Below, piece by piece: positions 32,200-41,323 of a stretch of 64,000 nucleotides of DNA. The notes under the pieces are model-generated. The model did not search any database and was not told the origin of the DNA. It saw only the letters and a program-made list of their open reading frames with translations. Each line of letters opens with the position of its first letter. Position 1 is the stretch's first letter. This stretch comes from Myxococcota bacterium (GTDB lineage Bacteria; Myxococcota_A; UBA9160; JAFDDA01), in contig OZ245817.1 of assembly GCA_965228475.1 (NCBI GenBank), positions 2,368,001 through 2,432,000 on the forward strand, in the 5' to 3' direction. Position numbers and translations under genes: made by a program.

Positions 32200-34808
32200 G
32201 GCGCGGCCGCCGCGGGGGGCGCCGGGTCGGCGTAGATCTCGTCGGCGACGTCCCGGGCCTTGCCGTCCAGCACGCGGCCATCGAGCTCGACGCGTGAGCC
32301 GGTCTCGATGCGATGGGCCTCGGCCACGTTCACGCTGCGCAGCCCCGCGATCCGCAGCAGCGCCGGTCCGAACTCGGGTTTCTTCTGGAAGACGGCGAGG
32401 CCGACCCGGCTCTCTTCGATCGCGAGGCGTTCGAGCGCGGCGAAGGAGTTGTCCTTCACGGCCACGCCGAACGCCGCGCCCCGCACCGAGAGCTCCCGGC
32501 CCCGGACCTGGCTCGCCTCGCCGAAGGAGAAGGCCTTGTCGCCGGCGCCGTCGACGCGGACGTTGCGCAACTCGACGTGGCTCCCGGAGAGGTCGACGCC
32601 ATCGTTCCCCGCGGCGACGAAGAGCGTGTCCACGAGGGAGCCCTCGGCGAAGTCGGCATCGAGGGCGTCGAAGAGGCTGCCCTGGAGGCGGGACCGCTCG
32701 AGGGAGAACTTCGAACGCACGACGTTCAGCAGGTCGTCGCCGCTGTGGTTCGCGGCGAAGAGGCAATCGCTGAAGGCCACGTCGGACTCGTAGAAGGTGA
32801 CGGCGCCCGTGAGCGACCAGCCCCGCTGGTCCGGGGCCCCGAGCCCGCGAAAGACGACGAAGGCGAGCCGGGACGCTTCCCCTGCCTCGAGCACGGCGAC
32901 GCCCTGCCCCGTCCCGTCGCTCGAGGTGATGACGATTGGCTCCGCCTCGGTCCCGACCCAGTCGAGGGGCGAGCGTGAGAGCAGCATCGCCCCCTGCTGC
33001 AGATCGAGCGTGAAGCCCGGCGGCGCGTGGACGCGGTAGCCCGCGGGCAGGATCACGTTGCGCTCCGCGACCCACCGGCCGGGGAGCAGGTCGATCTCGC
33101 GGGCCTTCTCGCGCACCCGGACGAAGGGGATCGAAGCGAGATCGGCGCGGGCCCGCGGCGGGTCGCGCTGAAGGATCTCCGCCTGGAGATGGTTCCAGGG
33201 CGACACCGCGGCGGTCTCGATCTCGGGGAGCCCGGCGATCCGGTAGCGGATGCGCCAGCCCGGCGCCGCGGCGGAGGCATCGTCTGCGTTCTCGGAGTCG
33301 TCCGGGACCAGGACGACGCGGCCGTAGCGGGCGGGTGCCTCGGCGCGCTTGCCCGGGACGAAACCGCCTTCGGTCACGCGCCAGACCGTTCCGTCCGGCC
33401 CGCGCGCCCCGAGCAGCCGAAGCGGCCAGTGCTGGAGGCTCGCGACCTCGAGCACGGCACGGTCGCCCCCAGCCTCGGCCACGTAGGCCCGGACGGGGTG
33501 CAGCGGATCGAGCACCGTCCGGATCTGTTTCTGGAGCCCGACCAGCGCCCCCGGCCCGAAGCCGTAGTCCGGGAACTCGCGCCGGAGCGTCGCGAGCGCG
33601 CTCGCGAGATCCTCCTCGTGGCGTTCGAAGAAATCCGCGAGCCAGTCCGGGTCCGAGAGCCGCGCGAGCTCGGCCACGTAGTGCTCCATGAAGGCCGGAT
33701 CCGCGAAGAAGCGACGGGTGAAGGCTTCCATGTACGGACGCGGGCCGTCCCCCATCCACCAGCCCGGAACGGTGAGGGTCGGGCGGTGATGGATCTCGGC
33801 GACGATCGGCTGGAGCCGCCCGGCCACCGGGTCGTAGTAGAACTTGGTGTCCTTCCAGTCGAACTCGTAGGCCCCGAACACGGCCTTCAGCGCCATGGCG
33901 CGGGCCATCTTCTCGAGGTCGAACGCGTCGGCCGGCGCGGCGTCGCCGTTGCGAAAGGCCTCGAGCAGGCCCGCGGCCTTGCGATAGCGCTCCGCCTCGG
34001 GCGTGCCCGGGGTGAGTGCGCTCGCCTGGATGCCGTCCACCGGCGCCGCGTGGAAGGCGCCGTCGACGTTGTAGGGCACGACCTGCTCGCGGTTGCGCCG
34101 CCGGTACTCCGCCAGGAGGAGGTCCTTGTCGAAGCCGACGATCGGGCCTTCGCGGAAGCGGTTCGATTCGATCAAGCGCTTGCCGAAGTGTTCGGCCAGC
34201 GCGTAGATCCCGAGCTCTTCGCCGTTCACCACGACCTCGACGAAGCGGAAGCGCAGCGCCACGAGGCCCTCGTCGGCGACGGCGCGCAGGAAGAGCCACT
34301 CGTAGATGAAGTCGCGATTCATCGGGTGCTGGATCGAGAAGCGCTTCATCCCGAGCAGCGCGTGGTCGCCCTTCAGCTTCACCTGGAAGGACCACTTGCG
34401 GTCGTCGCGCCAGTGGCCCGAGTAGACGCCCTTCAAGCGCATGCGCACGGGGACGTTCTCTCCCCGCCAGCGGATGCTCGCCGGGACGTAGCTCTCGCCA
34501 TCGGGCAGGTGGATCCCGTCTCGGAGGGCCGTCTCGCGCTGATAGCGGATGCGCTGCCAGTCCATGTGGGCGACGTCGAAGACGAGCCGCTCGGGCGCCG
34601 TGGTCGCGCGCGCCCGCTGCTGCTCGACGAAGTTCGCCACCCGCGCCGGCGCTTCCTTCGCGGCGACCATCACGCGGTTCGCGCCGAGGAGCATCAGCAC
34701 CGCCAGGGCGAACCCCGCGGCCAGGAGCGCCAGCGCGCTCCCCAGGGTCAGCTCGAGCTGGCGGCCGCCCCGCGCGAGGCTGCGCCGTGACGGGCCCTTG
34801 ATCTGCAT
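32196..34808 (-). CDS. membrane-anchored CotH-family kinase with C-terminal parallel beta-helix
   Basis: N-terminal TM; RLKG..HW..KWSFQVK, GMKRFS, VNGEELGIY..EH, FYYDP..LQPI; C-terminal DALDADF/GNDGVDLSGS/GDKAFSFGE repeats. Confidence 0.85.
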   Translation of the reverse strand: MQIKGPSRRSLARGGRQLELTLGSALALLAAGFALAVLMLLGANRVMVAAKEAPARVANFVEQQRARATTAPERLVFDVAHMDWQRIRYQRETALRDGIHLPDGESYVPASIRWRGENVPVRMRLKGVYSGHWRDDRKWSFQVKLKGDHALLGMKRFSIQHPMNRDFIYEWLFLRAVADEGLVALRFRFVEVVVNGEELGIYALAEHFGKRLIESNRFREGPIVGFDKDLLLAEYRRRNREQVVPYNVDGAFHAAPVDGIQASALTPGTPEAERYRKAAGLLEAFRNGDAAPADAFDLEKMARAMALKAVFGAYEFDWKDTKFYYDPVAGRLQPIVAEIHHRPTLTVPGWWMGDGPRPYMEAFTRRFFADPAFMEHYVAELARLSDPDWLADFFERHEEDLASALATLRREFPDYGFGPGALVGLQKQIRTVLDPLHPVRAYVAEAGGDRAVLEVASLQHWPLRLLGARGPDGTVWRVTEGGFVPGKRAEAPARYGRVVLVPDDSENADDASAAAPGWRIRYRIAGLPEIETAAVSPWNHLQAEILQRDPPRARADLASIPFVRVREKAREIDLLPGRWVAERNVILPAGYRVHAPPGFTLDLQQGAMLLSRSPLDWVGTEAEPIVITSSDGTGQGVAVLEAGEASRLAFVVFRGLGAPDQRGWSLTGAVTFYESDVAFSDCLFAANHSGDDLLNVVRSKFSLERSRLQGSLFDALDADFAEGSLVDTLFVAAGNDGVDLSGSHVELRNVRVDGAGDKAFSFGEASQVRGRELSVRGAAFGVAVKDNSFAALERLAIEESRVGLAVFQKKPEFGPALLRIAGLRSVNVAEAHRIETGSRVELDGRVLDGKARDVADEIYADPAPPAAAAP

Positions 34809-34837
34809 CGGCTAGCGGATCCCCGGGAGCGGCACGG

Positions 34838-35518
34838 TCAGACGATCGCGCCGTCGAGGAGGCTCAGGCGGAGCGATCCGTGGCTCTCGGCCAGGCTTCG
34901 CCGCGCGGCTTCGAGGGCCTCGAAGTTCGAGAACTCGACCTGGAAGGTCGCCTCGAGGGCGCCGTCCCCTTCGTCGAGCCGCTTCAGGTCGAGCGTCTGG
35001 CAGTGGCGCCCGAGGATCTCCGAGAGTTCCGAGAGCGAGATCCCGGCGTCGCGGTCTCCCGAGACCGTGAGCAGCGTGCAGGCCTGCCCTTCGCGCGCGC
35101 GGGTCATGCCGCGGAAGACGACCGCCGCCGAGAGGATGGTGAAACCGACGAGGGTCACCTCGCGCTGCCCCGCGCCGAAGCCGAGGCCGACGGCGATGCA
35201 GATGAAGAGGAAGGCGAGCTCTTCGGGATCCTTGATCGCCGTGCGGAAGCGCACGATCGAGAGCGCGCCGACGAGCCCGAGCGAGAGCGCGAGCGAAGAC
35301 TTCACGACCGTGATGATCACCATGGTCGTGAGCGCCAGGAGCGGGAAGTTCCCCGCGAAGCGCTGGCGGTTCGAGTGAGCCTGGGCGAAGCGGCAGTAGA
35401 GCTGCTTCAGGATGAGGGCGAGCACGAACGTCAGGCCCAGGTTGACGACGAAGTCCACGAGCGGCACGCGGGCGGCCTCCGTGGCCAGGAATTCTTCGAA
35501 GCTCGGTTGCGAGTCCAT
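34838..35518 (-). CDS. DUF4956 family membrane protein
   Basis: VKSSLALSLGLVGALSIVRFRTAIKDPEE signature; about 4 TM helices plus an ACT-like tail. Confidence 0.9.
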   Translation of the reverse strand: MDSQPSFEEFLATEAARVPLVDFVVNLGLTFVLALILKQLYCRFAQAHSNRQRFAGNFPLLALTTMVIITVVKSSLALSLGLVGALSIVRFRTAIKDPEELAFLFICIAVGLGFGAGQREVTLVGFTILSAAVVFRGMTRAREGQACTLLTVSGDRDAGISLSELSEILGRHCQTLDLKRLDEGDGALEATFQVEFSNFEALEAARRSLAESHGSLRLSLLDGAIV

Positions 35519-35637
35519 CGCCGAAGGCGTCCTTTCGGCCGGGCGCAGCGGGGGCCCGACTGGGGGAATTCCCCTGGAGAATCGGCCGGGAAGCGCGCGC
35601 GCTTGAGCGATCGGCACCTTCGTCCGACACACCGGTC

Positions 35638-36570
35638 ATGGACCGCGTCCGAATCCGATCGCGAACCAGAGCCACCGTGCGAGCGCTCCTCCTCCTCGCC
35701 TCGCTGCAGCTCACCGGGGGCTGTGGGGGAGAAGACCCTCTCCCGCCGGTCGTTCGCGAGACCGTCTTCGTCGGCGAGGCCGGCTCGGCGCGGGGCACGC
35801 GCTTCGCGCTGATGGGCCACCTCTACCCGATCGCGAAGGATCCCGGCCGCCTGCGCGAGTTCCTCGGCGCCGTGAACGCGACGCGCCCGGACCTGATCTT
35901 CGTGCTCGGCGATTCGCTGCTGCACGATCCGGCCATCGTGGCGGTGTTCGAGGAGGTCCTCGAGGCGCCCTGGCACGTCACGCCGGGGAACCACGAACTC
36001 AAGCCCGAGCGGCGCGAGGCCTACCTCGCGCGCTTCCCGGATCTCGCCACGCGCGTCTTGGCGCCCGACTGCAACTTCCTGCTCGTGGCCTCGTCGATGT
36101 CCCTCGACCAGTTCCGCGGGAGCCTCGCAGGCGTGCTCGAAGGCCTCGAGACCGACCGCCCGACCGTGCTCCTGACCCACCACCGGATCTGGGACGACAC
36201 GCTGCTCAGCGCCGGCCCCTACCAGCACGACAAGTCCTACTGGTTCGACGAGATCCATCCGGTGCTCGCGGGACGGGTCCAGGCGATCTTCGCGGGGAAC
36301 TCGAAGCGCCAGTACTTCCGCGACCTCTCGACCAGCCCGAACTACGGGCCCCAGAACGTGAACAACGTCTTCTGGGCCGACCGGGTCGGCGGGCTCGACG
36401 CCTACAGCATCGGCATGGGCGACGGAGTGCCGAAGGCGACCTTCGCCGTGGCCGAGGTGGTCGGCGGCCGGCTCCTCGTCGAGCCCCACGCCCACGTCTG
36501 GGGCGGCCGGGACCCCGTCGACCGCAAGCTCCTGCAGCCCATCCGCCGCAGCCGGGCACCGCGGCGCTAG
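35638..36570 (+). CDS. calcineurin-like metallophosphoesterase, putative lipoprotein
   Basis: LTGGC lipobox; GHLY, LGD, PGNHE, LTHH, FAG motifs. Confidence 0.8.
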   Translation: MDRVRIRSRTRATVRALLLLASLQLTGGCGGEDPLPPVVRETVFVGEAGSARGTRFALMGHLYPIAKDPGRLREFLGAVNATRPDLIFVLGDSLLHDPAIVAVFEEVLEAPWHVTPGNHELKPERREAYLARFPDLATRVLAPDCNFLLVASSMSLDQFRGSLAGVLEGLETDRPTVLLTHHRIWDDTLLSAGPYQHDKSYWFDEIHPVLAGRVQAIFAGNSKRQYFRDLSTSPNYGPQNVNNVFWADRVGGLDAYSIGMGDGVPKATFAVAEVVGGRLLVEPHAHVWGGRDPVDRKLLQPIRRSRAPRR

Positions 36571-36616
36571 CGCGGACGCAGCGCATCCCGCGGGCGCCTT
36601 GGCGTAGAATGGCGCC

Positions 36617-37855
36617 ATGCCGAGCCCCGAGCCCGACACCCGCCCCGAGCCCTACGTCGTCATCACCGCCGACACCCACGCCGGCGCGGCCATCGATACC
36701 TACCGCGAGTACCTCGAGCCCGGTGAGCGCGCCGACTTCGATGCCTGGCGCGGCCAGTACAAGAACCCGGCCAAGAAGCACGTCGGCGGGAAGAAGACCA
36801 AGAACTGGGACTCCGCCGAGCGCCTTGCGGACCTCGAGGGCGACGGGGTCGTGGGTGAGGTGATCTTCCCGAACACCGTGCCGCCCTTCTACGACCGCGC
36901 CTTCCACATCGCCCCGCCGCCGACGCCGGAGCAGTACCCGCGCTACCTCGCCGGCACCCGCGCCCACAACCGTTGGCTGGCCGAGTTCTGCGCCGAAGCC
37001 CCGGAGCGGCGCGCTGGGATCGGGCTGATCCACCCGAACGACGTCGACGATGCCGTCGCGGACGTCGAGTGGATCGCGCGCAACGGCCTGCGCGGCGGCG
37101 TGCTGCTGCCCCTGCCCTCCCCGAGCGACGTCCACCTCGCACCGCTGAACGATCCGAAGTACGACCGCCTCTGGGCCGCCATCCAGGACCACGAGCTCGT
37201 GATGAACCAGCACTCGGGCCAGGGGACGCCCGAATACGGCGCAGGCCAGGGTGCCAAGGCGCTCTGGGCGAGCGAGATGTCCTTCTTCGTGCAGCGCGGC
37301 TACACGCACCTCATCATGGGCGGCGTCTTCGAACGCTTTCCGAAGCTCCGCTTCATCCTGACCGAGAGCGGCTGCGCCTGGGCGCCGAAGCTCATGGCCC
37401 AGCTCGACGGCATGTGGATGGCCTGGAAGGCCGGCGCCATCGGCGAGATCGACACCAGCAAGGACCCGGCGCTGCCGAACCCGCCGAGCTTCTACGCCAG
37501 GCGCAACTGCTGGTACGGGGCGAGCTTCCCGAGCCCGCGCGACGTCGCCGGCCGCGAGACCGTCGGCATCGACAAGATCCTCTGGGGCAACGACTACCCC
37601 CACTACGAGGGCTGCTTCCCGTACTCGCGCGAGAACATGCGCTTCGCCTTCGCGGACCTCGAGGAGGCGGACGTGCGCAAACTCCTCGGCGAGAACGCGG
37701 CGGCGCTCTACGGCTTCGACCTCCAAGCGCTCCGCCCCCTGGCCGCCAAGGCCGACATCACCCCGGCGCTCGTCGCGGAGCCCCTCGAGGAGATCCCCGC
37801 CGACTCGACCTGCATCACCTTCCAGCGGGCGCGATTCGAGCGGGCCCGGGCTTGA
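36617..37855 (+). CDS. amidohydrolase family 2 protein
   Basis: ADTHAG, EVIFPN, HNRWLAEFC, GVFERFP, WGNDYPHYEG. Confidence 0.92.
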   Translation: MPSPEPDTRPEPYVVITADTHAGAAIDTYREYLEPGERADFDAWRGQYKNPAKKHVGGKKTKNWDSAERLADLEGDGVVGEVIFPNTVPPFYDRAFHIAPPPTPEQYPRYLAGTRAHNRWLAEFCAEAPERRAGIGLIHPNDVDDAVADVEWIARNGLRGGVLLPLPSPSDVHLAPLNDPKYDRLWAAIQDHELVMNQHSGQGTPEYGAGQGAKALWASEMSFFVQRGYTHLIMGGVFERFPKLRFILTESGCAWAPKLMAQLDGMWMAWKAGAIGEIDTSKDPALPNPPSFYARRNCWYGASFPSPRDVAGRETVGIDKILWGNDYPHYEGCFPYSRENMRFAFADLEEADVRKLLGENAAALYGFDLQALRPLAAKADITPALVAEPLEEIPADSTCITFQRARFERARA

Positions 37856-38652
37856 TCCAGCGGCTTCGAGCGATCGCCGTGCTGGGCACCCTGGTCCTGC
37901 TCTCGGCCTGCAGCCGGGCGCCGTACTACGAGCCCGTCTTCGACGAGCATCGCCTGGTGCGCGGCGAAGACCCGATCGACCTCGTGTTCGTGCTCGACAC
38001 TTCCCAATCGACGAATCTGGCGAGCGGCGCCGACATCGACCGCGACGGCCGGTTGGGCGTGAACCCCAAGCAGGGCGGGACGGCCAAGCGTCAGCCCGAG
38101 TACGTCTTCTCGACGGACATCGGCGACACCCTGCTCGACCTCGCCGCCGACTTCGTCCGCCATCTGCTCGAGGACGTCGACTGGACGCGGGACCGCGTGG
38201 GGATTGTCACCTTCGCGGGCGAGGTCGACCCCGCGACGGGCTACGCGAAGCCGGGGCGAAGCCACGCGCGGCTCGAGCTCACGCTGTCCGGGGACCCGAT
38301 CCAGGTCGAGGGAACGCTCCGCAAGATCGCGAAGCACGGCGGGGACGGAGCAACCGACTTCCAGGCCGGCCTCGAGCTCGCGCGGGCCGAACTCGAACGG
38401 GACCCGCGGCCGGCGACCCGCCGCATGGTGCTCCTCTCCGATGGCCTGCCGACCCTGCCCTTCGGCAAGGGCCTCGTCATGGACGAAGACGACCAGCGCG
38501 CGGCCATCTTCGCCGCACGCGACGTGGTGGCGGCCGGGATCGATCTCGAGGTCTACTGGCTGGCCCCCGCCGGCCGCCCGGCGCCGTCGCTCGCGGGCTT
38601 CCCGGCCTTCGAGGAGGCAAAGACGATCGGCTTCCGCCGGCTCGTCCCCTAG
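37852..38652 (+). CDS. vWA-domain lipoprotein
   Basis: LSAC lipobox; MIDAS DTSQS, GATDF, LSDG; EF-hand-like DIDRDG. Confidence 0.8.
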   Translation: MIQRLRAIAVLGTLVLLSACSRAPYYEPVFDEHRLVRGEDPIDLVFVLDTSQSTNLASGADIDRDGRLGVNPKQGGTAKRQPEYVFSTDIGDTLLDLAADFVRHLLEDVDWTRDRVGIVTFAGEVDPATGYAKPGRSHARLELTLSGDPIQVEGTLRKIAKHGGDGATDFQAGLELARAELERDPRPATRRMVLLSDGLPTLPFGKGLVMDEDDQRAAIFAARDVVAAGIDLEVYWLAPAGRPAPSLAGFPAFEEAKTIGFRRLVP

Positions 38653-38944
38653 TCCGCGTCCGGCTCGGCCGGGTCGTCGGTCTCCGGGCCGTCCTCGGGC
38701 TTCGCGCGCCCCTCGAACGCCTCGATCGAGATGTAGTAGACGCCGGCGCTGTCGACGGCGACGTCCGCTGGCCGCTCCCCGTTGCCCGCGCTCAGGGAAG
38801 CTCCACCACGTCGGCGTTGCAGCCGGGCCGGCTCGGGTCCTCGGCCGTGAGAATCGACGTCCGGTCGGTGCAAGGCCGGTCCGGACAGCCGAGCAGGCCG
38901 AGGGCGACGGAGGCGCATGCGAGAAGCATCAAGAAGCGGTCCAT
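38649..38944 (-). pseudogene. frameshifted or fragmented small lipoprotein
   Basis: RBS + MDRFLMLL..LLGC (stop 38792); a GC3-rich continuation (AGVYYISIEAFEG) lies in the -1 frame up to 38649. Confidence 0.45.
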
Positions 38945-39018
38945 GGACTCCCTCTCTCGAGCCCCATGGTGCGATCCGGCGGCGTGAAGATCAACGCCCG
39001 AGCCCCTACCCTCGCCCC

Positions 39019-39159
39019 ATGCGCAAGCAGCAGAAGAACAAGCGGCGCTCCTGCAAGCTCTGCAAGCCCCACAAGCGGGGCTGGGCGAACCGCTGGAAGC
39101 CGAAGGAGCGACAGGCCCGCCGTCTGGCGATCGCCGAGATCCGCCGACTCGGCGGCTGA
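39019..39159 (+). CDS. 46-aa basic protein with CxxCxxH motif
   Basis: MRKQQKNKRRSCKLCKPHKRGWANRWK...; strongly C/G-ending codons. Confidence 0.7.
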   Translation: MRKQQKNKRRSCKLCKPHKRGWANRWKPKERQARRLAIAEIRRLGG

Positions 39160-39317
39160 GCGCCTGCCCGATGCTCGCCCTGCGGCGCGAAACAGGCGCT
39201 TCGGTACACTTCGTCGCGACGGCCCGGTCTCCTTTCGCTCCGACATCGCGAACGGTCGTCCCGGACGCCCGACTCGGCGAGTGACCGCGTGGGCGAGCAA
39301 CCCGATAGGAGACCGAC

Positions 39318-39914
39318 ATGAAGCACTACTTCAATCCCATGAGCCGAGCTGCGTCCACGGCTTGGATGTTCGAGGAGCTCGACGTCGAGCGTGAGGACAT
39401 CCTCGTCGATCTGCAGGGCGATGAGCGCGAACGGCTCGCTTACCGTGCCATCAATCCGATGGGGAAGGTCCCGGCGCTGGTCGACGGCGACGTCCTCGTC
39501 ACCGAGACCGCGGCGATCTGCGCCTACCTGGCCGATCGCTTTCCCGAACGCGGGCTGGCGCCGGAGCCGGGCTCGCGAGAGCGCGGGCCGTACTACCGCT
39601 ATCTCTTCGTTCCAGGGACGACGCTCGAACCGGTGTTCACGTTGGCCGCCAGCGGCTTCGAGCATCCGGCGCCAACGAGCGCGGGCTGGGGTGACGTGCC
39701 CCGAGCGCTCGCCACCATCGAGGCCATGACGCCGGATACAGGGTGGGCTCTCGCCGAGCGCTTCACCGCCGCCGACATCGTTTTTGGCGGAACCCTCGAC
39801 GCTCTCGCCATGCTCGCTGGGCTCCAGCCGTCGCCGCGGGTCGCCGCGTACCTGGAGCGCCTCAGGCGCCGCCCGGCCTACCAAAGGTCGCACGCTGGGT
39901 TCAGTGCCACCTGA
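39318..39914 (+). CDS. glutathione S-transferase family protein
   Basis: NPMGKVPAL, ETAAICAYLAD, FTAAD, RPAY; AGGAG RBS. Confidence 0.92.
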   Translation: MKHYFNPMSRAASTAWMFEELDVEREDILVDLQGDERERLAYRAINPMGKVPALVDGDVLVTETAAICAYLADRFPERGLAPEPGSRERGPYYRYLFVPGTTLEPVFTLAASGFEHPAPTSAGWGDVPRALATIEAMTPDTGWALAERFTAADIVFGGTLDALAMLAGLQPSPRVAAYLERLRRRPAYQRSHAGFSAT

Positions 39915-39921
39915 CTGAGTC

Positions 39922-39998
<77 letters not shown>

Positions 39999-40048
39999 AG
40001 CGGCGGAACGTTAGCGGCCTCGCCGCGCCGGGGCCCGGACGGGCCCGA

Positions 40049-40570
40049 CTAGTAGTGGAGCAGCGAGTGGATGCGGTCCGCTTCCAGTCGTTTGCGGCCT
40101 TCCAGGAAATCGAGCTCGACCAGGAAGGTGCAGGCGACGACCTCGCCGCCGGCCGAGCGCACCAGCTCGACGGTGGCGCCGGCCGTACCGCCCGTCGCGA
40201 TCAGGTCGTCGACGATGAGCACGCGCTCGCCCTCCGCGACGGCGTCCGTGTGCATCTCGACGGTGTCGCGTCCGTACTCGAGCTCGTAGCTGACCGAGCG
40301 GGTCTTCCAGGGGAGCTTCCCGGGCTTGCGCACGATCACGAGCCCGGCTCCCAGCGCCAGGGCCAACGGGCCGCCGAGGAAGAAGCCGCGGGATTCGATG
40401 CCGACGACCTTGTCGATCTTCTCGCCGGCGAAGGGCTCGGCCAGGCCGTCGATGGCGGTGCGGAAGGCGGCCGGGTCGGCGAGGAGCGGCGTGATGTCCT
40501 TGAAGAGGATCCCTTCCTTCGGGAAGTCCGGGACGTCACGGATGTAGTCGCGCAGATCGAGGTCGGGCAC
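40049..40570 (-). CDS. apt: adenine phosphoribosyltransferase
   Basis: [45 protein letters not shown]. Confidence 0.98.
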   Translation of the reverse strand: MPDLDLRDYIRDVPDFPKEGILFKDITPLLADPAAFRTAIDGLAEPFAGEKIDKVVGIESRGFFLGGPLALALGAGLVIVRKPGKLPWKTRSVSYELEYGRDTVEMHTDAVAEGERVLIVDDLIATGGTAGATVELVRSAGGEVVACTFLVELDFLEGRKRLEADRIHSLLHY

Positions 40571-40603
40571 GGAAGCTCCAGCGGTGTGGCGGGTCGGGTC
40601 GGA

Positions 40604-41323
40604 TCAGGGCAGGAAGAGCAGCGGGTCCTGGGGCGTCCGGCCGCGTCGGACTTCGAAGTGTAGGTGCGGCCCCGTGGATCGGCCCGTCGAGCCGACCTCG
40701 GCGATCTTGTCCCCGCGCCGCACCCAATCGTTGCGCTTCACGTGGAGCTTGCGGGCGTGGGCATACACCGTGGTGTACTGCTTCGAGTGCCGGATCACGA
40801 CGACCTTGCCGTAGGCCCCGAGCGGCCCGCTGTGGATCACCCGGCCGGATTCGGCGGCTCGGATGGGGGTGCCGGGCCGGGCGGCGAGGTCGATGCCCTG
40901 GTGCTTCCGCCCCCAGCGCCGCCCGAACTTCGAGGTGAGGCGCCCTTCGCTCGGCCAGCGGAAGGAGAGATCCTCGCGGCGTGCATCGCGGCGGGCGGCT
41001 TCGCGCGAGGGCGCTTCCTTCCGTTCGATGCCGCGGATCACGCCGGGCGTCCCGGAACCGGTGCCCTCGGGCGGCTTCCCGCCCGGAACCCAGATGCGCC
41101 GCCCGGCGGCGACCTCGCGCACGTCGCGGATGCGGTTCGCGCGCACGATGCGCTTCACGCTCGTCCCGTAGTTCTGGGCGACGCTCCAGACGGTCTCGCC
41201 GGGCCGCAGGACGTGCCAGGCGCCCACGGGCTTCGGGTTGCTGAAGCAACCGCCGAGCAGCGGCAGCACGAAGCACCCGGACAGTGCGGCGAGACGAAGC
41301 TCGCGCCGGGCTAGGCGGCCCAC
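40604..41323 (-). CDS. LysM + M23 peptidase lipoprotein (NlpD-like)
   Basis: LGGC lipobox; LysM (HVLRPGET); HQGID, YAH, TGPHLHFE. Confidence 0.9.
   Translation of the reverse strand: MGRLARRELRLAALSGCFVLPLLGGCFSNPKPVGAWHVLRPGETVWSVAQNYGTSVKRIVRANRIRDVREVAAGRRIWVPGGKPPEGTGSGTPGVIRGIERKEAPSREAARRDARREDLSFRWPSEGRLTSKFGRRWGRKHQGIDLAARPGTPIRAAESGRVIHSGPLGAYGKVVVIRHSKQYTTVYAHARKLHVKRNDWVRRGDKIAEVGSTGRSTGPHLHFEVRRGRTPQDPLLFLP

Noticed and set aside
38792..38794. Selenocysteine readthrough or CCC-TGA +1 frameshift
   Set aside because: The in-frame and +1 continuations have poor codon bias; only the -1 frame looks coding.
38967..38982. TGGTGCGATCCGGC as an att duplicate of the tRNA-Arg 3' end
   Set aside because: Only a short gapped match to TGGTGCCCCCGGC, expected by chance; no integrase nearby.
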